Of a DNA stretch of 37,756 nucleotides, positions 19,455-27,400 are shown one piece after another. Origin of the DNA: Pseudomonadota bacterium (GTDB lineage: Bacteria; UBA10199; 2-02-FULL-44-16; JAAZCA01); NCBI GenBank assembly GCA_043822785.1, contig JBDRBN010000125.1, positions 1 to 37,756 of the forward strand. Reading direction: 5' to 3'. Position 1 is the first letter of the stretch. Each line of letters starts with the position of its first letter. The notes beneath the pieces were generated by a model, which did no database searches, was not told the DNA's origin, and saw nothing but the letters and a program-made list of their open reading frames with translations. Made by a program: the position numbers and the translations under genes.

Positions 19455-21242
19455 ATGAAGACGCGCAGATACCATTCTCACGCTACTTCGCCAGGCATAG
19501 TGATAGGCCGAGCCTACCGCATGGATAACCGCGGTTCACCATTTGCACGCACTTGGATCAGAGAACAGGACGTAGATGATGAAGTGCTTCGCTTTCGCTC
19601 TTCGGTTCAAAAAGCAAAAGAGCAGCTGTCCCACGTTCAGGCAAAGATGTGTCGCTACTCAGGTCACGATCAAATCCGTATAATCGAATCCTACCGCATG
19701 TTTCTTCAGGATGACATGCTAGTTGGCACAACGATCGAACACATTCAACAATTCAAGATAAACGCAGAATGGGCTCTGGACAAAACGCTGGCGCACCTAA
19801 AGCTCTCTTTTCTCAATGTAAACGAGGAATACTTCCGCGAAAGACAACAGGACATAGATTACGTTGGCCGTCGCCTTATGGATAACCTCATAGGAAGTCC
19901 AGATCTCTCCTTCAATGAAGTTCCAAAGGGCGATTCTATACTTATCGTACATGATCTATCCCCTGCCGAGGTAGCTAGCATCCCAAAAGATCGCGTTTGT
20001 GGCTTTGTCATGGAAGCAGGCGGTGAAACCTCTCACAGTGCGATAATATCCCGCGCACTTGAAACACCGGCCATATTCGGCATCAACGGCATCTTCGAAA
20101 ATATTCAAGAAGGTGAAATCCTTATACTTGATGGAATAAAAGGCGTGCTCATAGCTTCGCCCAGCAAAAGGGAGTTAGAGCAATACCGCACCATACAAAG
20201 GAAATATCATGCCCTGGAAAAGATCCTACTCGACGAAATCGATTTGCCTGCAGAGACCAAAGACGGCTTCCGAATAAGGATAGAAGCAAACATGGAGCTC
20301 ATCGAGGAGATACCTTCACTTCTTGAACACGGTGCTGAGGGCATAGGCCTCTACAGAACTGAGTATCTTTTCCTAAATCGCCTTGATGAACCATCAGAGG
20401 AAGAGCAATACGAAAACTATTCGTCCGTTTTAAAGCAGCTGGGCGATCGTCCTGTGACCATACGCACGATCGATTTGGGTGGCGACAAGCTTTCGCTTGC
20501 GCAAAGCTATGATACCCCGCAAAATCCAGCGCTGGGGCTTAGGGCCATTCGGCTGTGTCTTCGTGAGTTACCTTTGTTCAGAACACAGCTGAGAGCACTT
20601 CTCAGAGCAGGCGTTTACGGGAACTTGCGGATACTTCTTCCTATGATTTCAAACATTGAGGAACTCCGTCAGGTACGTAAGATCATTAGTGAAGTAAAGA
20701 AAGATCTTGGCGCTAAGGAAATTCCATACAAAGATAAAGTACCCATAGGAATCATGATCGAAGTACCTTCCGCTGTATTCATGGCATATGAACTAGCGCA
20801 CGAAGCGGATTTCTTCTCGATCGGAACCAATGATCTTATCCAATATGGTCTCGCAATTGACCGAGGAAACGAGCAGGTAGCTCACCTCTACCACCCTTTC
20901 AACCCCGCAGTGCTGAGAATGATCAAACATACGGTGGAGGCAGCTAAGAAAGCCGGCATAGAGGTGGCCATATGTGGAGAGCTGGCAGGCGACCCTCTTG
21001 CCATCACCCTTATGGTGGGCATGGAGCTTAACTCCCTGTCCATGAACCCCATATCCATCTCGCGCGTAAAAAAGATCCTTCGCTCCATCACAAAGACACA
21101 GTCTGCTCATATCTTAAACGACGCCATGAAGCTTCTTTCAGCTGACGATATAGAAAAGCTGCTAAAGCGCGAAACGAGCCATTTGCTGCCTGGCGATGTG
21201 CGAAAACTTCACATAATCGAAGGCCGTACGCCACCAGAATAA
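19455..21242 (+). CDS. ptsI: PTS enzyme I (PEP-protein phosphotransferase)
   Basis: GGETSHSAII, EGIGLYRTE, NPALGLRAIR, DFFSIGTNDL, ICGELA; ATG 19455 directly follows the HPr stop. Confidence 0.97.
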   Translation: MKTRRYHSHATSPGIVIGRAYRMDNRGSPFARTWIREQDVDDEVLRFRSSVQKAKEQLSHVQAKMCRYSGHDQIRIIESYRMFLQDDMLVGTTIEHIQQFKINAEWALDKTLAHLKLSFLNVNEEYFRERQQDIDYVGRRLMDNLIGSPDLSFNEVPKGDSILIVHDLSPAEVASIPKDRVCGFVMEAGGETSHSAIISRALETPAIFGINGIFENIQEGEILILDGIKGVLIASPSKRELEQYRTIQRKYHALEKILLDEIDLPAETKDGFRIRIEANMELIEEIPSLLEHGAEGIGLYRTEYLFLNRLDEPSEEEQYENYSSVLKQLGDRPVTIRTIDLGGDKLSLAQSYDTPQNPALGLRAIRLCLRELPLFRTQLRALLRAGVYGNLRILLPMISNIEELRQVRKIISEVKKDLGAKEIPYKDKVPIGIMIEVPSAVFMAYELAHEADFFSIGTNDLIQYGLAIDRGNEQVAHLYHPFNPAVLRMIKHTVEAAKKAGIEVAICGELAGDPLAITLMVGMELNSLSMNPISISRVKKILRSITKTQSAHILNDAMKLLSADDIEKLLKRETSHLLPGDVRKLHIIEGRTPPE

Positions 21243-21303
21243 AGACCAGCAAGGTCACCTTTAAAATGTTTAGAAATCTCAAAATGTTAGAGCGAAAATC
21301 GCC

Positions 21304-21332
21304 TTGACAGAGCGAATACTCTCCTCTACCCT
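21304..21332 (+). promoter_or_regulatory. Possible sigma70 promoter of metK
   Basis: TTGACA-N17-TACCCT. Confidence 0.45.
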
Positions 21333-21354
21333 GCTCTTCCATTTTTAGCCGTTG

Positions 21355-21447
21355 TGTCATTGCGAGGACCCTGAGCGAAGTCGAAGGGGACGAAGCAATC
21401 TCCGTTAATGAGGGGATTGCTTCGGTCGTTCCTCCTTCGCAATGACA
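21355..21447. repeat. Palindromic REP/RPE-like element with a nested CCCTGAGCGAAGTCGAAGGG unit
   Basis: TGTCATTGCGAGG...AAGCAATC...GATTGCTTCGG...TCGCAATGACA. Confidence 0.9.
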
Positions 21448-21469
21448 TTATTAGAAAAGGAGAATAACG

Positions 21470-22645
21470 ATGAAAGCTGAAAACTATCTTTTTACCTCAG
21501 AATCCGTAACCCAAGGGCATCCTGATAAAGTGGCAGATCAGATCTCAGATGCCATTTTAGATGCCGTACTCGAAAAGGATCCAAACGGACGAGTGGCTTG
21601 TGAGACCCTTGTTACTACTGGCATGGCAGTAGTTGCCGGCGAGATCACCACCACAGCCAAGATCGAGTATCCAAGTGTTGTTCGTTCGGCAATTAGGGAT
21701 ATTGGTTACAACCACCACTCCATGGGTTTTGACTGGGAGACCTGCGGAGTCATCGTATCCATAGACAAACAATCACCAGACATCTCTCAGGGCGTTACTG
21801 AAGGTGAAGGCCTTTTTAAAGAACAAGGAGCTGGTGATCAAGGTCTCATGTTTGGCTATGCTTGTAACGAAACCCCTGAAATGATGCCAATGCCCATCGT
21901 GGTGGCCCATCGCATCACTAACAGGCTTGCCGAGCTACGCAAAAAAGGCGAGCTGCCCTTTTTGCGTCCGGATGGCAAGGCTCAGGTAACAATCCGTTAT
22001 GAGGAAAGCACACCAAAACACATCGATACAATCGTATGTTCCACACAACACAGCCCCGATGTATCTTACGAAGAACTCAAAAAGCAGGTCATCGATAAGG
22101 TTATAAAGCCTGTTCTTCCTAATGGTTTCTTTGATGGCGATACGCGCTATCTTGTCAATCCCACAGGCCGCTTTGTTCTGGGCGGACCACACGCTGATTG
22201 CGGGCTCACGGGTCGCAAGATTATCGTCGACACCTACGGCGGCGTAGGCTCCCACGGCGGAGGCGCTTTTTCTGGAAAGGATCCCTCAAAGGTCGATCGC
22301 AGCGCATCCTACATGGCCCGCTATATTGCCAAAAACATCGTCGCAGCAGGAATAGTGGATAAATGTGAAGTACAGATCGCTTATGCAATAGGCTATGCTG
22401 ATCCTGTTTCTGTAATGGTCAACGGCTTTGGCACCTCAAAGGTGAATGTCACGCATGACAAGCTAGAAGAAGCTGTGCGTGAAATATTCCCCCTAAAGCC
22501 TGCAGAGATCATAAACCACCTTAAGCTCAAAAGGCCCATATATCGCAAGACAGCAGCTGGTGGGCACTTTGGCCGCGATGATGCGGATTTCACCTGGGAG
22601 AAAACCGACAGAACAGAGGATTTAAGGCACGTTCTCGGCCTTTAA
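21470..22645 (+). CDS. metK: S-adenosylmethionine synthetase
   Basis: [50 protein letters not shown]. Confidence 0.99.
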   Translation: MKAENYLFTSESVTQGHPDKVADQISDAILDAVLEKDPNGRVACETLVTTGMAVVAGEITTTAKIEYPSVVRSAIRDIGYNHHSMGFDWETCGVIVSIDKQSPDISQGVTEGEGLFKEQGAGDQGLMFGYACNETPEMMPMPIVVAHRITNRLAELRKKGELPFLRPDGKAQVTIRYEESTPKHIDTIVCSTQHSPDVSYEELKKQVIDKVIKPVLPNGFFDGDTRYLVNPTGRFVLGGPHADCGLTGRKIIVDTYGGVGSHGGGAFSGKDPSKVDRSASYMARYIAKNIVAAGIVDKCEVQIAYAIGYADPVSVMVNGFGTSKVNVTHDKLEEAVREIFPLKPAEIINHLKLKRPIYRKTAAGGHFGRDDADFTWEKTDRTEDLRHVLGL

Positions 22646-22660
22646 TGAGGAAAGGCAAGC

Positions 22661-23296
22661 ATGGCCACAAAAAGCGCAAAGCTAAGGAGGCCTTGCTATG
22701 TCCTCATAATCGAGGATAACGTGCATCACGCCGAAATTCTCACCGAGGTGCTCGACCGCCACTTTGCACCTGTAGTCATTCACACAGTAGACACCATAGA
22801 AGACGGCATTGAGTTTGTAAGCCTTTCTGACTACCACATAATATTGACCGGGGCTGTCATAAGAGACGTCCCGGTCACTGATGCTATTCCTAAACTCACA
22901 AAGCTCTCTCAAGGCACGCCGATAATAGTCATCTCAGGCAAAGGCGATGAAGCGCTTGCAGCCCTGCTCATCAAGAAAGGCGCAACAGAATATCTGGTCA
23001 AAACCAAAGAAACCCTAGAAACCCTTCCAGCAGTCATAGCAAAGCACATGAAAGCAAAAAAAATCGGCCGCAAGCGAGGTAAAGCTGGCTCTACTCCTTC
23101 TAGTGCCCATCGCCTTCCATCGCCCGAATCCATAATCCGCGAAGTGGATAAGCTCACCCAACAAGCTCTGGCCATAGTCGGCCCCAGACGCCGCAAACGC
23201 AGAACAAGGGTACAAAATTTTGAAGATCTTGATCAACTTTTGACTCAAATTCAACGCCTGCGTGAGATGGCCTCGAAACTCCTTCCGAAAGAATAA
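22661..23296 (+). CDS. Atypical receiver-domain protein with basic C-terminal tail
   Basis: VLIIEDN, PIIVISG, GATEYLVK give a receiver fold; the phospho-Asp position reads Gly (YHIILTG). Confidence 0.8.
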   Translation: MATKSAKLRRPCYVLIIEDNVHHAEILTEVLDRHFAPVVIHTVDTIEDGIEFVSLSDYHIILTGAVIRDVPVTDAIPKLTKLSQGTPIIVISGKGDEALAALLIKKGATEYLVKTKETLETLPAVIAKHMKAKKIGRKRGKAGSTPSSAHRLPSPESIIREVDKLTQQALAIVGPRRRKRRTRVQNFEDLDQLLTQIQRLREMASKLLPKE

Positions 23297-23306
23297 CTTC
23301 AATATG

Positions 23307-23469
23307 GAGCCTGTTGCACAAACCCTCTGTGTCATCGCGAGGAGGCCGAAGGCCGACGTGGCGATCCCATGAAATCAATGGGTTGCAGGGGATTGCCGCG
23401 TCGCTTCGGCCCGTATTACGGGCCGTCGCTCCTCGCAATGTCATAAAAAGGGGTTTGTGCAACAGGCTC
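23307..23469. mobile_element. MITE-like element with 19-bp perfect TIRs and 4-bp TATG duplication, enclosing a palindromic core (23330-23443)
   Basis: GAGCCTGTTGCACAAACCC / GGGTTTGTGCAACAGGCTC; TATG at 23303-23306 and 23470-23473. Confidence 0.88.
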
Positions 23470-23637
23470 TATGTAGCTAGCATTGCAAGACCGGTTTTAC
23501 CTTTCTCGCTTTGTGGAGTATTCTGACCCCGATTTTTTGCCTCATCGCACCCATTCACTCTCAAAACGTAATACGTCACACCGTTGAAATCTTTTATTAA
23601 TCAACTTGTTATCAACAATAATTCTCTCAATATACCT

Positions 23638-23653
23638 TGGCAACGCTCTTGCA
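23638..23653 (+). promoter_or_regulatory. Sigma54 -24/-12 promoter
   Basis: TGGCAACGCTCTTGCA fits TGGCA-N6-TTGC(A/T) with exact GG-N10-GC spacing, 24 nt before ATG 23678. Confidence 0.75.
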
Positions 23654-23677
23654 TATAATTTGAGCCAGGAGGACTGC

Positions 23678-23968
23678 ATGAGCACTACAAATATGAACAA
23701 TAAGGTCGAAAACGTCGAGACCGATATTCTCTCGATCATTCGTGAGCTTGAGGCGAAAAATGCCCCTACAAAGACCCAAGAGGATTCTGATGTAGTGCAG
23801 AATATATCTCCTGACCCTGCCAAGCTTCTGGCATCGCTTACGCAAAAACGCGAACTCATAAATCTCATAGATGGTTACGCAGAAGTTAAGGATATCGCAG
23901 GCATTAAAAAGGAGCTCAACGCTGCAATCGCGGATTTGGAAGAAATTATTGAAACCAGTGACCAGTAA
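23678..23968 (+). CDS. Hypothetical small helical protein (96 aa)
   Basis: AGGAGG RBS before ATG 23678; coiled-coil-like C-terminus. Confidence 0.75.
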   Translation: MSTTNMNNKVENVETDILSIIRELEAKNAPTKTQEDSDVVQNISPDPAKLLASLTQKRELINLIDGYAEVKDIAGIKKELNAAIADLEEIIETSDQ

Positions 23969-24015
23969 CCAGTGATTAGTGACCAGAAAAAACTAAAAAG
24001 ACGGAGATAAAGAGC

Positions 24016-24648
24016 ATGGTTAAAACAGGTGCAACACCAAAAGTATCATACGTAACGCCAAGCCCAGCTGATGAGCCCACAAAGACCAAGGCTCAAACAG
24101 TTGAAGGCGATGCATATTCAAGTGGTTTATCAAATACTTACAATAGCCTTATTAATGGAAAGCCCAAAGCAGAGTCTATTGATGGCGGAGTGATAAACGA
24201 AATGTATGAAGCATCGAGTAAACAAGGCGCTAGAAAGAATGATTATCACAGCCATATGCAGAATTTGATAGGCAGTCTCATGATCGGTGAAGCGCGCGAA
24301 AGACCTGCATATGATACTGTAGGTAATATACCTTATGTGCCTGATTTACAAGGGGATATTCTCAAAAATACCGCCATGCATAAAAACATGAAGCCAATTG
24401 TTGAGCGCTATGCAGCACTTGAGAAAGTGCTTATAACCATGTTCGACAATTTGAGAGTTACACTTCATCCCTCTAAAATGAGTCAGATGACAGCCAGCGA
24501 GATTAGATCGCTTAGGTCATATGCCAAAAAGCTCAATGCAACGCTTGGCGAATGCCGCACAGAGCTCAAAATGGCACACCAAATTTACCAGCAGCAGATC
24601 AAAGAAGCCCAAGCCTTAGCAGCTGAAGAAGCAGCTGAAGAGGCTTAA
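24016..24648 (+). CDS. Hypothetical protein, disordered N-terminus and helical C-terminus
   Basis: 210-aa ORF with GGAG RBS; no recognisable family motif. Confidence 0.8.
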   Translation: MVKTGATPKVSYVTPSPADEPTKTKAQTVEGDAYSSGLSNTYNSLINGKPKAESIDGGVINEMYEASSKQGARKNDYHSHMQNLIGSLMIGEARERPAYDTVGNIPYVPDLQGDILKNTAMHKNMKPIVERYAALEKVLITMFDNLRVTLHPSKMSQMTASEIRSLRSYAKKLNATLGECRTELKMAHQIYQQQIKEAQALAAEEAAEEA

Positions 24649-24709
24649 GGCCAGCAACGCCAGCAACGAAAAAAAACTAGCACTGCATTGCTTGCAATCT
24701 ATATGAAAT

Positions 24710-24825
24710 CACTGCTGTCGCGTTTGAGGTGTTAACTGGTTGAAATACAAGAATTCATTTTTCTCATGTCTAGGTGTCATCCATAACATCCATGAAAAAC
24801 AAGCAGTTCTAACACAACAACAGTG
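24710..24825. mobile_element. MITE-like shell lacking the palindromic core (sister of the element at 1-135)
   Basis: CACTGCTGTCGCGTTTGA...CTCATGTCTAGGTGTCAT...ACATCCATGAAAAACAAGCAGTTCTAACACAACAACAGTG matches the flanks at 1-18 and 96-135. Confidence 0.8.
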
Positions 24826-24984
24826 CGACATTTGGATTTCGGATTTTATAGCTGATGACTAAATACCCCAAGGAGGACCATATTCCACATTAGGAGCTAT
24901 ATGGAAGGTCTCCTTAAGCAGTCATGTGATGGATATTTAGCAAGAATATCAAGGGGTTATAAATTGTCATCAGTTCGGGGGTTT

Positions 24985-25000
24985 TGGCAGAAAACTTGCA
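24985..25000 (+). promoter_or_regulatory. Sigma54 -24/-12 promoter
   Basis: TGGCAGAAAACTTGCA, exact GG-N10-GC spacing, 30 nt before ATG 25031. Confidence 0.75.
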
Positions 25001-25030
25001 TCATATAATGCCGAACCAAGCGAGGAGACT

Positions 25031-27376
25031 ATGTCGGTTAACAACACGAATAACAATTTCAAGGTGAGTACGGTTGGAAAAAGTACGCCCCAAGATGAGT
25101 GGGCTACCCAGACCACTGACCCTAAGGCTGAGGGCATAGACGATCTCTTTGATATGGGGCCAGAGGGTTCTTCTGGCAGCACACAAAATTCTAACCCAAT
25201 CGATGACTATACCTTGGGAGAAATCCAAAACGGCACTTACACGACCGGCGCAGATGCAGACGGCGCTATGTGGCTCGAGTCGTTTCCGCCAACGCTAGAA
25301 GAGGTAATGGCCGGCAATGAAAACGCGGTAAATTACCTTGATCTGGTCAATCAGCGCTATGAAAAGGCTAAGGAAGATTTACACGCCCTCAAGATATCCT
25401 ATGAGCAGGCCATAGCGAGCGGAACCCTTATTGCAGATGAAATTAAAGTAATAAACGAAAGATTTCCCTTGGTAGATCAGGCTTTAGCTCGCTGTGGTGC
25501 ACAGATGGACAAGATTACAGAGTTAAGTGGTGAGCGCGAAAAAATATTTATACAAGAACAGCGCTCCATGAAGGATTTAAACAATGATAACTGGATAGGC
25601 CGCCCCAGGGCTGAGGGTTCTTATTATCTTAACTATAACGATGACGGCACCATCACTTTTGTAAACAGCGAAGGAGTACCTGTCGCCGCCCCGCTTATGG
25701 ATCCTGAGTATAAGGCAAAGCTACTGGACAACGATTCACTTTCCGTAATCGCTGCAGATCAATCCATTACATCAGGAAATGAGGATCTGGCAACTACAGA
25801 TGTATTTCTAAAGCTAAGTGAAAGCTCGCTTAACAACAGCAACACTTTTGGAGCCCCCATAGACATAGGCATACCCGAATATTTCTGGGTGGAGCGCGCT
25901 GATGGTGACGACGTAGTAGATAGCGTTCATAAGATGGAGTTTGATGAAAATCAAACTGAGTGGAAAATGGCGCTGTACAACGAGTGGGATTCAGCAGGCG
26001 GGCTTACGCAAAAGGTTCCAGATGATCTCTCAAAGTATGCACAGGTAAAGGTTACAGGCGTTAATGTGTACTCAGAACTAATTGAAGAAAAAACTGCTGA
26101 CGGAGATCCGCTTTACAGACACGTAGTCGAATTCAAAAATGGCGAAGACCTAATCACCAGAATAAGCATAGAGGGCTTTGAGACCAGTAAAGATCTTCCG
26201 GTTGCAACAGATATGGATGGTGGTGGTAAGTATGTTGCTGCATCTTCAGTAGGTATAGCGTTTCACGGCGCTGACAGCGCAAGCCCCAAAGAGTTTGATG
26301 CCAGCGGCTTAATATCCACTGGCAGACACATAGTACCAAGTCTGGCAGCGGACCTGGGCATCAGTTCTCCAGGCGATGGTGGCCAGGGAGATACTTCATT
26401 TGGCGATAACATTGGCGCATTCTCTGAGCGTGACTTTCTCACCACTGAGTGGATAGGACTCGAATGGAAAGAAACATCTCACGATCTTGATAATTACGAT
26501 GGCTCAAACGACCGCTATCTATCGCCCAGCGATGATTCTAATGGCGAAGGTCCATATGCAACATTTAAGACCGGAGTATTCATAACAGGAATTCGCGGAG
26601 ACATCAAAGGATCGAGCTTTAACGATGTCATAGTTACGCTAGGTGTAAACGAATATTCTGATTATGCTAATGAGCACCTTCCTGATGATGCAAAACAAAT
26701 AGCAAAGGGAGATGCATCATATTCAAACTTCGTAAATGCAAATGGCGGAAACGACATTGTGAAAGCTGGCCGAGGCGATAACTATATATCAGAAGCCACA
26801 TTTGTGTGGATCAACGACTGCAAAAGCCAGGATGAAAACTTCATCGCTCTGCCAGACATGCCCGTTCCGACTGCACTGAAAGATAATGTTAAGACAGCCC
26901 CCAACCAGAGGACGTTTGTTCACGTTAATGGTGGGCATTCCCAAATCTACAATCCCGTCGAATATAACATAAAAAATGATGCAAATGCTAACGATGAAGA
27001 CCAAGTAGAAGCAAACGACGGTAGCTATAAGGATGACTGGTATGAGATAACCGGCGGCGGTTCAGCTGAGTTTGGAAACATCAATGACGGTGACTTGGAC
27101 TACTGCCAAGAGCAAGGTGCAATAGCTCCTGCTTCAGGCAATGGTTTTGATAAGACCTTTTTTGAGAATGCAAAGTCTGATCCAAACGCTGCGTGGTATG
27201 ATGAGCTCACAAGCGTTCCAGATCCTGATGAGATGGACTTGGATATAGATTGGGATGAGGTAATGGGCGCAAAGACTGATCTTGATGCAGAGATGAACAG
27301 CTTTTTTGACCAGATGTTTGGCGATCTCAACTCATTTATTGGAGAATATCAGGAAGAACAGCAGACAGGAATTTAA
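25031..27376 (+). CDS. Large acidic hypothetical protein with sparse RTX-like/Ca-binding motifs
   Basis: 781 aa, D/E/N/G-rich; DLNNDNWIG, KGSSFNDVI, ANGGNDIVKAGRGDNYI; no Sec signal; GAGGAG RBS. Confidence 0.85.
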   Translation: MSVNNTNNNFKVSTVGKSTPQDEWATQTTDPKAEGIDDLFDMGPEGSSGSTQNSNPIDDYTLGEIQNGTYTTGADADGAMWLESFPPTLEEVMAGNENAVNYLDLVNQRYEKAKEDLHALKISYEQAIASGTLIADEIKVINERFPLVDQALARCGAQMDKITELSGEREKIFIQEQRSMKDLNNDNWIGRPRAEGSYYLNYNDDGTITFVNSEGVPVAAPLMDPEYKAKLLDNDSLSVIAADQSITSGNEDLATTDVFLKLSESSLNNSNTFGAPIDIGIPEYFWVERADGDDVVDSVHKMEFDENQTEWKMALYNEWDSAGGLTQKVPDDLSKYAQVKVTGVNVYSELIEEKTADGDPLYRHVVEFKNGEDLITRISIEGFETSKDLPVATDMDGGGKYVAASSVGIAFHGADSASPKEFDASGLISTGRHIVPSLAADLGISSPGDGGQGDTSFGDNIGAFSERDFLTTEWIGLEWKETSHDLDNYDGSNDRYLSPSDDSNGEGPYATFKTGVFITGIRGDIKGSSFNDVIVTLGVNEYSDYANEHLPDDAKQIAKGDASYSNFVNANGGNDIVKAGRGDNYISEATFVWINDCKSQDENFIALPDMPVPTALKDNVKTAPNQRTFVHVNGGHSQIYNPVEYNIKNDANANDEDQVEANDGSYKDDWYEITGGGSAEFGNINDGDLDYCQEQGAIAPASGNGFDKTFFENAKSDPNAAWYDELTSVPDPDEMDLDIDWDEVMGAKTDLDAEMNSFFDQMFGDLNSFIGEYQEEQQTGI

Positions 27377-27400
27377 AAAATTAACCGTAACGAGGCATAT

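Noticed and set aside
21243..21469. SAM riboswitch upstream of metK
   Set aside because: The leader is occupied by a palindromic repeat, and no SAM-I or SAM-II consensus is visible.
23314..23526. Short ORFs over repeats (23314-23526, 23154-23462, 13323-13505, 13487-13735, 1177-1476, 37344-37562)
   Set aside because: They are translations of repeat or structured DNA, or antisense shadows, with no RBS or family motif.
24678..24696. TAGCACTGCATTGC as a third sigma54 site
   Set aside because: It lacks the invariant GG, the spacing is off by one, and no gene start follows closely.
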